Assembly: GCA_032128875.1 (NCBI GenBank)
Contig: JAVLKG010000015.1
Location: forward strand, 28,346-92,345
Source: Candidatus Melainabacteria bacterium 17Bon1m
GTDB taxonomy: Bacteria; Cyanobacteriota; Vampirovibrionia; Obscuribacterales; Obscuribacteraceae
DNA length: 64,000 nucleotides
Direction: 5' to 3'
Shown here: positions 20,489-31,207 of the stretch, piece by piece
How the letters are laid out: the number at the start of each line of letters is the position of its first letter
Numbering within the stretch: position 1 is the first letter of the stretch
Position numbers and translations under genes: made by a program
Notes under the pieces: generated by a model
The model's database searches: none
Told to the model about the DNA's origin: nothing
What the model saw: only the letters and a program-made list of their open reading frames with translations

Positions 20489-20752
20489 ATGACCATTTTG
20501 ACGTTTATTTTATTCCTTATTGTCGCGGCAGCTTGCGCGTACCTCGGTGAACTCCTCGTTCCTGGAACTATCCCTGGTGGCTTTTTCACCTCTGCCATCG
20601 TCGGCATTATCGGTGCCTGGGTAGGTAGTTCAGTAATGGGCAGTTTTGGACCGACGCTGGCAGGCGTTGCGCTTATCCCCTGTATTTTGGGATCTGCAAT
20701 TGTAGTCTTCCTGCTTGCACTGGTCTCGCGAGGTCTCCCGCGAAGGGTTTAG
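20489..20752 (+). CDS. GlsB/YeaQ/YmgE family (transglycosylase-associated) small membrane protein
   Basis: Three TMs; PG..PGG...IVGIIGAWVG and LGSAIVVFL family pattern. Confidence 0.85.
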   Translation: MTILTFILFLIVAAACAYLGELLVPGTIPGGFFTSAIVGIIGAWVGSSVMGSFGPTLAGVALIPCILGSAIVVFLLALVSRGLPRRV

Positions 20753-20798
20753 ATCTAACACCGAATCAAGGGTTCGGTCTGGTTACGAGCTAGTTGAC

Positions 20799-20828
20799 CA
20801 GACCAAGGCAAGGGTTTTCACGCAAGTG
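20799..20828 (+). terminator. Hairpin with GCAA tetraloop after the GlsB-like gene
   Basis: CAAGGGTTTTCAC-GCAA-GTGAAGACCCTTG, preceded by a second hairpin GGTCTGGT...ACCAGACC; coordinates approximate. Confidence 0.5.
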
Positions 20829-21051
20829 AAGACCCTTGTTGCTTTAGGAAGTTGCCTTGAGAAGTTGTTTGCGAAGTGGTTTTGGGAGTTGTATTTGGAT
20901 GCTTTAGGTAAAACCTCTCACAATCGCGGCCTGGAAATTGCAATGTTTTTCACTTTGATCTCAAGCAGGAACCATGGTCCGATTGAGACGTCCCACAACC
21001 GTTACCTAGAGCATCGGGACCCGCTTATGTGGGCTTATTTCAGGAGAAACT

Positions 21052-21600
21052 ATGAGCACTCAATTAGATAACAACAAAAAGACTCTGTCTTCTGTAGACG
21101 AATTGCGGCGCAAAGCCAGACAACAGGTCGAAGAAGGCGCTGTCACAGAAGGTTATGAGGCTGATCGCAAGCAGATTTTGAAGATGCTCAATGAAGCGCT
21201 TGCTACTGAATTGGTGTGCGTACTTCGTTATAGAAGACATTACTTCATGGCTAAGGGACTGGAATCAGAACCTATCGCCAATGAATTCTTGGAGCACTCC
21301 AACGAAGAACTCTCGCACGCCGACAAATTGGCTTCTCGTATTGCACAATTGGGCGGTGAGCCGGTTTTCAATCCGAATCTCATTTGTGGTCTGAGCCATG
21401 CTGAGTACATTGAGACACCGGACCTCAAAGAAATGGTCAAGGAGAATCTTGTTGCTGAGCGCATTGCCATAGATTCATACCGGGAAATGATTAACTTCGT
21501 AGGAACCACTGATTCGACTACTAGAAGAATCCTTGAGGAAATCCTGGCCGTTGAAGAAGAGCATGCAGATGAGCTCTCCGATCTGCTGACAGACAAATAG
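21052..21600 (+). CDS. Bacterioferritin / ferritin-like di-iron protein
   Basis: LNEALATE, HY, EELSHA...RI.QLGG.P, AERIAIDSY and EEEHA di-iron ligand pattern; AGGAG RBS. Confidence 0.9.
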   Translation: MSTQLDNNKKTLSSVDELRRKARQQVEEGAVTEGYEADRKQILKMLNEALATELVCVLRYRRHYFMAKGLESEPIANEFLEHSNEELSHADKLASRIAQLGGEPVFNPNLICGLSHAEYIETPDLKEMVKENLVAERIAIDSYREMINFVGTTDSTTRRILEEILAVEEEHADELSDLLTDK

Positions 21601-21719
21601 ATCGTCAATTGGGGACAGGCCCTAATTGGGTCTGTCCTCTAAAAGACCGTTCGCATGCGTGTGACCGCCGGTAATTAATACAAAAAAGCGCATGCAAAAG
21701 TTAGTTGAGGAACACGACA

Positions 21720-21998
21720 ATGTTGACGGAAGTAGAAAGAAAACACCTGGCCCGCATCCCTTTTATCGCTCACAAAAGCGGTTCGAGGCTCACTTTCATG
21801 CCGATAGTTATCGCCTTTTTTGCGATGACGACTATCCTCTGCTTGATGAGCTTGGTCTTCCATTCAACATTGCCGGTCTCGCAGGTGAGCACGAAGAGTG
21901 ACATGCCACCTAAATCAGACAAGCTAACCACACGAATCGCGGATAACCTGCCACATGCAAGTCCATTCATGTTTCCCTATTTGGAAACGCGATATTAA
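21720..21998 (+). CDS. Hypothetical small membrane protein
   Basis: ORF with one TM segment; GAGG upstream of ATG 21720. Confidence 0.45.
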   Translation: MLTEVERKHLARIPFIAHKSGSRLTFMPIVIAFFAMTTILCLMSLVFHSTLPVSQVSTKSDMPPKSDKLTTRIADNLPHASPFMFPYLETRY

Positions 21999-22193
21999 AA
22001 GCTAAAGGCAGAGTCAGAACGGCGGGCTGCGATGTCGTTTTCTCTTTTTCGCCTAGCACTTACTACCGGCTGTGGTATTAGTTTCAAAAACCAAAAAACT
22101 CCCTGTAGAAAGGCAAGAAAGCGCAGAGAAATCCGCTCAGTGAGCCGACTTCTCTGCGTCAAAATTTACGACACCAATGCCGACATCAAGATT

Positions 22194-22460
22194 TCACGAC
22201 CAGAAAATCGTGCAGCCTCGGCGCATGACATTAAATTGAAAAGTCCATTTGCTGCCGAACTCGGCACGCAGGCGATCTTCCACCGCCGGTGTGACAGTGT
22301 TGGTCAGGTCGTTGTAATGCGTCTTGCCGGCGCGCATCGCGTTTTTGATCCCACTTTTGAAAAGCTCGAAGCTATCGTCTTCGCTCATTTCCACAGGAGA
22401 CGGTTCTTTCAAAACGCCGCCACGAAGTTCAAATCGGGTTGGAAGTCTTCTCATAATCAT
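22194..22460 (-). CDS. Hypothetical protein
   Basis: 88-aa ORF with AGGA RBS, co-oriented with the upstream gene and followed by a hairpin at about 22123-22158. Confidence 0.55.
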   Translation of the reverse strand: MIMRRLPTRFELRGGVLKEPSPVEMSEDDSFELFKSGIKNAMRAGKTHYNDLTNTVTPAVEDRLRAEFGSKWTFQFNVMRRGCTIFWS

Positions 22461-22514
22461 TCCTGAAATTCCTAAAATATTGGATGGAATTTGGAGAAAA
22501 ACACAGTGTAAAAA

Positions 22515-23081
22515 TCAAGGCAGACCTCCGGCGCGAACGTAGCGAATGACCATGGTTTCCAGCTCGTACGTCGGGGCGTGAAGACCTAGAAGGCAACGCG
22601 CAAAGTGAATGCGCATCGCGATTGTTCGCTGAGGCTGCTGCCAACAAGCATGCTCCTCAACCTTCTTCATGAAGGAGAGATCGGGCTTACCCAGCCGCTT
22701 GCGCTCGGAGCAAGTCGCAAAGAAAACCATGAGCGAATCGCAATAGCGCTTATGCACAGCGCGGCAATGGTGCCTAAAAACTGCCTTGTCGTGCTCATTT
22801 GCAAGTAAACCGACAAAGTAAGCAAAACCAAAGAATGCAAGTTCTCCACAAAACGCGACCCAATGATCCGCCCAGCCGGCCAACACCGAAAACAACACGC
22901 CAAGCCCACCGGCGAGGATTGTCCAGCCGAAGACATGACAGTGAAACTTCGACATCTCTTCCTCAGTGGTTTCTTCAAGCCTGCCGTTTTCGATTACAAC
23001 GGGTGCAAAGATGCCCACTAAGACCACGATGATCGTGGCAAGACAGAAAAAGAGATAAGAGCTGCTGAAAATAGATTCCAC
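22515..23081 (-). CDS. Hypothetical membrane protein (3 TM)
   Basis: 188-aa ORF with three hydrophobic segments; GTG start after AAGGGA. Confidence 0.6.
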   Translation of the reverse strand: MESIFSSSYLFFCLATIIVVLVGIFAPVVIENGRLEETTEEEMSKFHCHVFGWTILAGGLGVLFSVLAGWADHWVAFCGELAFFGFAYFVGLLANEHDKAVFRHHCRAVHKRYCDSLMVFFATCSERKRLGKPDLSFMKKVEEHACWQQPQRTIAMRIHFARCLLGLHAPTYELETMVIRYVRAGGLP

Positions 23082-23569
23082 AAAAATCCCTTCGAAATTA
23101 GATTCCAGATTGAAAACTGCTGCCGCCAGATGCGCGCCCCGCTGTCGGGTCGACTCCAGGCGTCGACTGATTCAGAGTTGGCGCGTGCAACTTCCACGTG
23201 GCGCAAAGGCAATGCGCTCGCATGAAGTAGGTGTTTACTTGTGGGGAAGTCGGAGTTCTTAAGGGCGGCGATCAAGAAAAAAAACTTGTGCAATAAGGGC
23301 AATAACCTAAACGCTCATTTATCGACAGCTCAATGTACATTCTGCGATTAGAGACATATTTAAGGGCTTAGATTGCAGAAGCAGTCCGCGCAGGTAAAAC
23401 CGGACCAGCTAAATTCGATCCAAACGGATCAGGGAAAAGCTGATAGCAAGCTCATCCACGTACCTACTATTTGCTGTCGTTTCTGATACAAATACAAAAA
23501 AAATCGAAGCGAAAGCACATGGAAATGCAGACGAGAGTGGTTGTCCTCTCGCCTGCATCCATGGCAGTA

Positions 23570-24067
23570 TCAACCAAAGGTCGAAGCATACGCCTCGTCA
23601 ATCAGCTCGTGCATCATTGCCAAACGCAGCGAACGATGCTCAGCTTTGAACTCGTCCACCGTCATGATGTGACGAGTTCCTTCCAGCGGCTCGGCGACGA
23701 TGGCGTCCACGATTGCGGTCATGATGACCATGTACGTGAGTTCGCCGGGTTCGGTACCGTAGAGGTCGGACTCGATGGCGCGCAGGAATCGAAGATTGCG
23801 CAGCGTGATGCCGGCTTCCTCCAGGGACTCGCGCCCAGCGGTTTCCTCCAAAGAACTTTCGCCCTCGGCGACGTGACCGCCAGGAAGGTCCTTGCCCCGT
23901 TTGTCGTCGGTGGCGACCATGGCACCATCCGCGGTGAAGGGAATCACCGAGACACTGGTCACCTGGTCGAACGGCGGCACGAACCCAGGCTCGCAGAGCC
24001 GGAAGTTGGCTTTACGTCCGCCCTTCGGCGTCCGCTTCTTGTCGGGTCTTGGCAGATTTTCAGACAT
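23570..24067 (-). CDS. Nudix hydrolase
   Basis: Nudix box LPGGHVAEGESSLEETAGRESLEEAG; start overlaps the upstream stop (TGATG); terminator-like hairpin at about 23519-23562. Confidence 0.88.
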   Translation of the reverse strand: MSENLPRPDKKRTPKGGRKANFRLCEPGFVPPFDQVTSVSVIPFTADGAMVATDDKRGKDLPGGHVAEGESSLEETAGRESLEEAGITLRNLRFLRAIESDLYGTEPGELTYMVIMTAIVDAIVAEPLEGTRHIMTVDEFKAEHRSLRLAMMHELIDEAYASTFG

Positions 24068-24834
24068 CAGGAATTACCTCCCGAATTTTCGTCCCGCCCG
24101 TAGCTGACTTTCAGAGCGAAGATGACCATCGCCAGAGACAGAAGTCCCCAGACAATGCTCCACACAGCAGCAGGAATGCCCGTATAACTCGCCATGTTGG
24201 TTGCGTCGGTGAAGGAGCCGTGCGCAGAAAAACCGACCGAAATCTGGATCAGATACCAAACGTCGCTCATTGCGCTGAGAGCCGTTTGTCCAGCCAGAAT
24301 CAGCAAGGTGATGTGCGCGATTGCGGGTGAGAATTTCAGTCCTGCGAAGAACAGACCGGCAGAGATTGCCAGCCCGATGCCCAGACTCATGAAGGCTTCA
24401 CTTCCGTGCCGTGCATCGAACAGCCCGGGGATGATAAAACCGACACAGCAGAGGGCGAAGAGAACACCCAGGATGTTTAGAACCAGCTTGGCGTTTTCTT
24501 CCTTACGACCGAACCAGATAAGCAGCGAGCCGAAGAACGCTGTGCCCATGTAACCGGCAGACGAGACGAGCGGTCCGATGCCTCCCAGGTGGAAGGTCAG
24601 TCCGCCTGCGCCTTCGCCATCCGGAACCATGGTCAGACCAGTGACAGTGCCACCCGTGAAAAGCGTCATGAGTGCATGTCCGAACTCATGCAAACCAGTC
24701 GTGAACGTGCGCAGCGGCATCAGCACCAGATTGATACCCGGATACTGCGTGATGAAGAAGAACAGGACATTGAGCCCGAGCATGAGCCAGAGCGAGGCTC
24801 GTTTGGACGGGGCTGACGAGATCATGCGATTCAT
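24067..24834 (-). CDS. M50 (M50B-like) membrane metallopeptidase
   Basis: HEFGH, LFTGG, AGY.G and TDA..MA..TGIPA..W motifs; multiple TMs. Confidence 0.88.
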   Translation of the reverse strand: MNRMISSAPSKRASLWLMLGLNVLFFFITQYPGINLVLMPLRTFTTGLHEFGHALMTLFTGGTVTGLTMVPDGEGAGGLTFHLGGIGPLVSSAGYMGTAFFGSLLIWFGRKEENAKLVLNILGVLFALCCVGFIIPGLFDARHGSEAFMSLGIGLAISAGLFFAGLKFSPAIAHITLLILAGQTALSAMSDVWYLIQISVGFSAHGSFTDATNMASYTGIPAAVWSIVWGLLSLAMVIFALKVSYGRDENSGGNS

Positions 24835-24985
24835 AGCTAGCCCTTTTCTCAGTTAGAGAGCGACCTGGCGCCCTCATTAGTTGCGCCGCCAGGGCGCGAA
24901 ACCACACGCAGGGGCGCTGCATGCGAGCCTTGAGAGGCAGGCGCATGTGCAACCCCTACGTGCTTTCTTGGATTTCCGCAGGCGC

Positions 24986-25837
24986 CTAGGACGCGGGCTG
25001 CGGAGCAGTTTCACCCGGGCGAGCTTGCTGCTCACCCTGATGGTCTTCGTGCGCTTCGCCGGACGCAGCGCTTTTGACGCGTTGCGTTTGCGGCTTTGAC
25101 GCGGCCACCTTTGGTTGCTTCAGGAAGACTGTTTCCATCAGCCCCCTGGCGCCGTTGCAGACCAGCATGCCGTGCGCATCCGTCTGGCTGCCGACATAGT
25201 CGAGAGCCATGCGGAAAAACGCGACCGGCTTGCCTTCCTGAACAACATAGGTCGGCTGCACGCCCCAGACACTCTCCAGGCTATGGAGAATATGACGGCG
25301 AGTGCGGACCTTAACGGCGATAGTCGGTTCGTTACTGGCGTTTTCCGCTTCATAAGGGCTCTTTCCAGTCTTGATGAGCTGGAGGTAAAGCCCCTCTTTC
25401 GAGCGAATCACCAGCGGCTTGGGATTGTCGCTCCAGTAAAACTCCTGAAGGACTGAAGCCGACACCTTGTGTGAGAAAACTTCCAGGCGAGACAGTTGCC
25501 CGAGCTCGTCCTGGCCGTTTACGTACACTTTCACCGCAATCGGCTGTTCGCCGACGGACTCGGTGTAAGGCGATACGACTCCAGGAATTCCGAATTTCCC
25601 GAAGTACTTCCTGCCCAGACGAAAGCCGATTACCCCGAAATAGAGAGCGATAGCGCCCTCCAGAATGAGGAAAATCGGATTACCGTCAAAGCCGCGATAG
25701 ATCTCCTGGAAGATGGCGGGGTCGCCAGCCAACCATTGGAGAAACACCACCAGCAGAGCACCGGCGAGGTAGTACGCCAGAACTGCAGCTGTGATACCGG
25801 CCATGGTGGCCAGTAATGTTCGAATGGATTTTGACAT
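24986..25837 (-). CDS. Hypothetical membrane protein
   Basis: ATG 25837 with AGGAG upstream; two N-terminal TMs; upstream TTGCAC-17nt-TAATCT promoter-like element at about 25981-26009. Confidence 0.7.
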   Translation of the reverse strand: MSKSIRTLLATMAGITAAVLAYYLAGALLVVFLQWLAGDPAIFQEIYRGFDGNPIFLILEGAIALYFGVIGFRLGRKYFGKFGIPGVVSPYTESVGEQPIAVKVYVNGQDELGQLSRLEVFSHKVSASVLQEFYWSDNPKPLVIRSKEGLYLQLIKTGKSPYEAENASNEPTIAVKVRTRRHILHSLESVWGVQPTYVVQEGKPVAFFRMALDYVGSQTDAHGMLVCNGARGLMETVFLKQPKVAASKPQTQRVKSAASGEAHEDHQGEQQARPGETAPQPAS

Positions 25838-26270
25838 CCTACATCTCCTGGCATAGAAGCCGTATGAATGGACCGTCCCGCAAAGCGGCAACGCTCCATA
25901 AGTGATTGCAAAACTAAACCTGGTTATTGGTTTTGAGTTCTGAGTTGGAAGCAAAAAGAATGAAAGAATGATGCTCCAAGAGATTAGTTCTCAAGCTTAT
26001 TAAGTGCAAGCAGCCAGCCCACCGGCCGGCGCGCTTACACGAATGAAATTTGCGCTAGCTCAGCTAGAAAATTCTGAGAGCCCTGCCATCTGATTAGTAA
26101 AAGCCTTGAATTTTGGGCGTTTGGCAAATTCTATGCAGACTCGATCAACGCTAGAACGAGTGAAAAGATTCCTGTGCTGCGACTTATGTGAACTGCAGCA
26201 AATCTAGCACTGACGCAGGACATACGCTGCGGTGCGCGGAGTAAGTTGGATGGAAGGTGAAAGCCTGTGC

Positions 26271-26468
26271 TTAGTTCTTCTGACCGTGCTGCAGACGACC
26301 CTCAACCGATGGTTTCCAGATTGCTTCGCAAACGTTGCCGCTGCATGAGCGCTCTTCGGTTATTTGTCCTGCCGTCCCAAATTGCGATTGCTCTCTGAGA
26401 TTTCGCTTGCGCGATTGGTCTTTTACACCTGGTGCGAGTTGAAAACTATCCAGGGATTCCGAATTCAT
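26271..26468 (-). CDS. Small hypothetical protein with C-x4-C-x3-WKP motif
   Basis: 65-aa ORF with AGGAG at normal spacing before the ATG; CSGNVCEAIWKP. Confidence 0.55.
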   Translation of the reverse strand: MNSESLDSFQLAPGVKDQSRKRNLREQSQFGTAGQITEERSCSGNVCEAIWKPSVEGRLQHGQKN

Positions 26469-26891
26469 CTAAGACTCCTACTAGCCTCGAAATGAGGATT
26501 TGCTTTGCACAACGTCGTTTCTTCGGACGAAACGAGGCGCCAAGGTTGTCACGAGAAAGGCTCGGGTATACCGTTTTACCCCTCTGGCGACATATTAGCA
26601 GCGATATTCTACAGATGAGATTGACATACGCTATTAATACTCAGCTAATCATCGAACACAATTATCGGTCAAAGACCGAATAAGCCCACTAGAGTGAGCT
26701 TTTAGCTTATCTAAAGGTGCGTTACATCAGTTGATGTTGATATATGCTTTTGACACCTATTGTGGTGCCGGCATCTAAAAACAAACATCAAGTCTTAATC
26801 TTGATCGGCTCACAGTCTGGTTGAATACTGGTTGAATAGATGTAGGCGATAAAAAGCACCTTTATCCAAATTCCCCAATCGTTCCATATCA

Positions 26892-27416
26892 GTGATAAGT
26901 CCAAGAGCAGGAAACCTACCTCAAGCCCTGACCAGTTGCCCGGTTTGCACAACTGTTCTGATCGTTGCAGAACTGGGCGGTCGCGACAGGCTGGTATGTG
27001 AGGTGTGCGAGTTCGTACACTGGGACAATCCAAAACCTGTCACGGCGACGCTCGTTCCGATGGAATCGGGAATCGTGCTTGTCAAGCGCAAATACGAGCC
27101 CTATGTGGGAGACTGGTGCCTTCCAGGCGGCTTTATGGAAGCACGCGAAGAGCCGGAAGAGTCCGCACAAAGAGAAGTTTTTGAAGAAACCGGATTAAAC
27201 GTCGAAATTGACCGCCTTGTGGGCGCTCATTCACCAGGAAAAGGCATCAACGTCATAATTCTCTTCTACTTAGCCAAGCCTGCTACAGGCTTGATGGTGG
27301 CTGGAGACGATGCATCGGAAGTAGCGTCTTTCACGAAAGACTCGCTGCCTGCCAATGTCGCTTTTGAATTGCACCGCCGCATGATTGAGCAATTCTTCGA
27401 TAATTTCAACACTTAA
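26892..27416 (+). CDS. Nudix hydrolase with N-terminal zinc ribbon
   Basis: CPVC...CEVC, NPKPV, and WCLPGGFME..EEPEESAQREVFEETG Nudix box. Confidence 0.92.
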   Translation: MISPRAGNLPQALTSCPVCTTVLIVAELGGRDRLVCEVCEFVHWDNPKPVTATLVPMESGIVLVKRKYEPYVGDWCLPGGFMEAREEPEESAQREVFEETGLNVEIDRLVGAHSPGKGINVIILFYLAKPATGLMVAGDDASEVASFTKDSLPANVAFELHRRMIEQFFDNFNT

Positions 27417-27486
27417 AATACTGACAAAGCCTGGCTGAAATTGGGGTCAAAGCGTTGCGCCTGACTCACAACAAAGAGGCACGCTT

Positions 27487-28500
27487 TCAGTTATTGCTTT
27501 CAGCGCGCTCGCTGATTCTATCTGCCAGTGCGGTTTCAAGTTCGTCGCTCCTATCCATGCCATTGCCGATCAGATACCAGCCTTTGGTTGTCTTGATCAT
27601 AAAGCCTTCCGGCAAAAGCGGCATGGTAGGCTTGACAGAGACGATTTTTTCCCACGGCAAGGCGACCGTAAAAAAGCAAGTCTTTATGACGACAAACTCG
27701 AGCTTAACCTCGACATTGAGAGGCATCAGAAGGACCATGGCGGTGCGCCAGAGAAGAATTCCGGTGGCGACCAGGCAGAAAACCAGCACCATCACCGAAT
27801 CGGACTGATTGCCCTTTTTCAAAGTTTCAACATAGAAAAACCAGAGGACACCCAAGAAAAGCAATCCGGCAGCCGATTGCGCCATATGCATGGCAAGAAT
27901 TACAGGATCTTGCCTGAACATTCGATAGGGATTAAAAGAAGCAGAACCGGCAGGCAGATGGTCCTTAATCCGCTCCAGCAGTTCGTTTAAGTTGTCCAGC
28001 CAAACAGGGAATGAAGCTTCGCTGTTCGAGCCTTCCACAACATACCGCGGAAAATTCCAGGTGGAACGCTTCACCAATGCCCGCACTTCGCGCCACGCGA
28101 TAGTTTTTCTTTTGAAAGCAGTGACTGCCGTCAATCCCTCGTCATCAGTGCGCACCTTCCATGTGACAAAACCGTAGAAAGGAACAATCGTCGCGGCTCC
28201 TGCCGCCATGATGGACATAGCAATTTTCCATGGCAGGGGCAGAATTTGAAACTTGCCGAGGCAAAGAAAAACAATGGGCAAGATTGCGACAATGATCAAA
28301 GCTGCCACTTCCGCCATGATGCGCACCAAAACCATCATCCTTAGCCGATAGTTTTTCTGTTTGGAAACAGCTTTGCCCGCAGGAGCCGGCTCTACAAAAG
28401 CCTCCTGCTCTGTATTGGCTGAATAATCTGGCGACGGATCCTGAGATGGCCCCGGCGAGGGCTGTTGCGTCATCTGAACTTTCCTGAAGAACAAGAACAT
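27487..28500 (-). CDS. Membrane protein with two bacterial PH-like domains
   Basis: Two repeats of 2 TMs followed by a V..D..G....I.W..V type beta-domain; start could be at MTQQ. Confidence 0.65.
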   Translation of the reverse strand: MFLFFRKVQMTQQPSPGPSQDPSPDYSANTEQEAFVEPAPAGKAVSKQKNYRLRMMVLVRIMAEVAALIIVAILPIVFLCLGKFQILPLPWKIAMSIMAAGAATIVPFYGFVTWKVRTDDEGLTAVTAFKRKTIAWREVRALVKRSTWNFPRYVVEGSNSEASFPVWLDNLNELLERIKDHLPAGSASFNPYRMFRQDPVILAMHMAQSAAGLLFLGVLWFFYVETLKKGNQSDSVMVLVFCLVATGILLWRTAMVLLMPLNVEVKLEFVVIKTCFFTVALPWEKIVSVKPTMPLLPEGFMIKTTKGWYLIGNGMDRSDELETALADRISERAESNN

Positions 28501-28551
28501 AATACTGCCCTGAGCGACTACAATTTGCTCAGATAAATTTGGGTTTTATAG

Positions 28552-29073
28552 ATGAGCGATCTCGAATCGGCGGCATCTGACGTAGAAACAACAAAACCGG
28601 TGCACAATACGCGCCGTAAACTAGTGACGGCGTCTTTAATCGTAATTTCGATACCACTGGTGGTGGTAGTCGCCGGTATAGTCACAACCTGGTGGCGACC
28701 GGTCACGCTGCTGATGCTCTGTCCCGCGCTGAAAGCGATGGGATACAGCAAAATGGCCGAGCCTATGGCGCTTCGCGCCGTTGAGTTATACGCGCATTCA
28801 GACGGCTTGAACAGCAAACTAACCATGACCGCCCTCTGGAACCTCGGTCAAATCTATGTCGACAACAACAAACCTGCCAAGGCTGAGCAAGTTTTTCGCG
28901 CTATAGCCATCTACAACGCGAAGAAACCGAAAGAGGGACCTATTGCGCCGTATCAGGTTTTAAGAGCCTGGGGCAAAACGCTGCGCACACTGGGAAGAAA
29001 AAAAGATGCTGAGCGCGTAGAAGCCCAACTGGAGCGGACTTCGTCTAAAACACAAACAAAAAGTCGCCCCTGA
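28552..29073 (+). CDS. TM-anchored TPR-like protein
   Basis: TM, then AEP..LRA..., NLGQIY...K..KAE..F kinesin-light-chain-like TPR. Confidence 0.7.
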   Translation: MSDLESAASDVETTKPVHNTRRKLVTASLIVISIPLVVVVAGIVTTWWRPVTLLMLCPALKAMGYSKMAEPMALRAVELYAHSDGLNSKLTMTALWNLGQIYVDNNKPAKAEQVFRAIAIYNAKKPKEGPIAPYQVLRAWGKTLRTLGRKKDAERVEAQLERTSSKTQTKSRP

Positions 29074-29622
29074 GCAACTTTTTCTGTACACGGTATCGAG
29101 GTACCACGCGTGCCGGAGAAGCTCTACAGTAACGGTTCAACTCGGCCGGGCTCCCCTCCCCTTGTCGAATACCGCTCCGGTTTCTTTCGCATTCCGCACA
29201 AAACAAGACAGTAGTCATGACGTCGCGCGAGCACACTTGAACGTAAACAAAGCCGCCACCTGGCGCGGTTTCGAACGAATTGCACAACTCGCACGAACAC
29301 ATGACATCAACACCTGCCTAAAGATGCAGCAACAGTGGCTTCGAGCGAATTGGACAAAAGTTGTCAGCAGAAGATCTTAACAAGTGAGAGCATCTGGGCC
29401 GTTTTTTGAACTAATACAAATGCACTTGAAGTAAGCCCTTCGGGATTTCTAGTGTTCTCTCGTCTCTTTATATTTACTTCTTGATTTCTCTTTCGTCTCT
29501 ACCCGAAACCTCCTTCTGCTGAGCGCTATTGCTTTTTTTGCCAGGTTTTTTCTTGGCAGTGATTCATAGCGCCTTCTACAGAACGCCCTTCTGCGCGCTC
29601 TCAATAACAACGGAGAAGCCTC

Positions 29623-31065
29623 ATGTCATCTAGCAAAACATCTGGAAAAGGTGGAAAGCGACGCTTTCGCACCGAGACTGATTCGATGGGTCAAGTGATG
29701 GTGCCTGTCGACGCCCTTTACGGCGCGACGACACAACGTGCCATCATCAACTTCCCCATCAGCGGGCATCCGATGCCCCCTTCGTACATTCACGCCATCG
29801 CCGCAATCAAGGCATCAGCCGCCGAAGCCAACGCTCAGCTCGAGCTTCTGGACCGGCGCACAGCTTTCACGATTGTACAGGCGGCCGAAGAAATCATCGC
29901 TGGAAAACACGCGGGCGAATTCCCCATCGACGCGTATCAGACGGGCTCCGGCACTTCGACGAACATGAACGTCAATGAAGTAATTGCCGCGCGGGCTCGC
30001 CAGATTCTCGGCGCGGATCTCGCCGACCGTCACACGGTGCACCCCAACGACCACGTCAATCGCGGTCAGTCGTCAAACGACGTCATCCCGACTGCGACGC
30101 ACGTGGCTGCTTCTCTGCTCATCTGCCAGAAGCTCCTGCCCGCTCTCACAAATCTCGAAAAGGCGCTGAAATCCAAGTCGAAAGAATTTGCCAAGGTCGT
30201 GAAGACAGGGCGAACCCATTTGCAGGATGCCACCCCCATCACGCTCGGTCAGGAATTCTCGGGATACGCCGCTCAGGTGGCCAACAGCATCCAGCACGTG
30301 AAGTACGCCAAATCGCGGCTCAGCTATGTTGCGCTCGGCGGGACGGCTGTCGGCACGGGTATCAACGCCCATCCGCAGTTCGCTCGTCTGGCTCTGGCGC
30401 GGCTGTCTGAGCGGCTTGGCATTCGCTTCCGCGAAGCCACCAACCACTTCCAGGCGCAGAGCACGCTCGATGAAGTGGTTGTCGCATCAGGCGCGCTGAA
30501 GACCGCGGCGGTCACACTGATGAAAATTGCCAACGACATTCGGCATCTCGGCAGCGGTCCGCGAGCCGGTCTCGGCGAGTTGAACGTGCCCGAGGTTCAG
30601 CCCGGCAGCTCGATTATGCCCGGCAAGGTCAACCCTGTCATCGCAGAATCGCTCTGCATGGTGTGTGCGAAGGTAATCGGCAATGACGCGACAATCACCG
30701 TCGCTGGTCAGTCGGGTCTCTTCGAACTCAACGTCATGCAACCCGTGGCTGCGATTTGCTTGATCGAATCGATCGAACTGCTCGCCAATTCTGCCGACAA
30801 CTTCCGCAATCGGCTGGTCGAGGGTCTCACCGCTACCGACCGCGGACCGCGTCTTGTCGAAGAGGGTTTGATGCTGGCGACGGCATTGGCTCCCGTTCTC
30901 GGTTACGACAAAGCCGCTGCAATCGCACACGAGGCTGCCACCACGGGTGAAACCATCCGCCAGGTAGCTCTGCGAGTTTCTGGATTGCCGGAAGATGAGC
31001 TCAACAGGCTGCTCGACCCGCTCTCCATGGTGACCAATAAGCCTCAGCGCGGGCGCCGAAAGTAA
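29623..31065 (+). CDS. fumC: Class II fumarate hydratase
   Basis: QTGSGTSTNMN, HPNDHVN..QSSND, KTGRTHLQDA and GSSIMPGKVNP signature. Confidence 0.96.
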   Translation: MSSSKTSGKGGKRRFRTETDSMGQVMVPVDALYGATTQRAIINFPISGHPMPPSYIHAIAAIKASAAEANAQLELLDRRTAFTIVQAAEEIIAGKHAGEFPIDAYQTGSGTSTNMNVNEVIAARARQILGADLADRHTVHPNDHVNRGQSSNDVIPTATHVAASLLICQKLLPALTNLEKALKSKSKEFAKVVKTGRTHLQDATPITLGQEFSGYAAQVANSIQHVKYAKSRLSYVALGGTAVGTGINAHPQFARLALARLSERLGIRFREATNHFQAQSTLDEVVVASGALKTAAVTLMKIANDIRHLGSGPRAGLGELNVPEVQPGSSIMPGKVNPVIAESLCMVCAKVIGNDATITVAGQSGLFELNVMQPVAAICLIESIELLANSADNFRNRLVEGLTATDRGPRLVEEGLMLATALAPVLGYDKAAAIAHEAATTGETIRQVALRVSGLPEDELNRLLDPLSMVTNKPQRGRRK

Positions 31066-31207
31066 AGCTTGTGCCGATGCTGGTTTTGGCATCAGCATAA
31101 CGCAGACCTGAAGGTCGCCACAACAACAGGTAATTCGCCGGGACGCGCACGGACGTGCGTTCCGGCGAATTCATATCAACGTCCGATATACATAAGGAGT
31201 AGTATAA

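Noticed and set aside
29045-29302. Cys-rich 85-aa ORF (CxxC...CxxC)
   Set aside because: Overlaps the end of the convergent TPR gene and has a weak RBS; it could be real but is unsupported.
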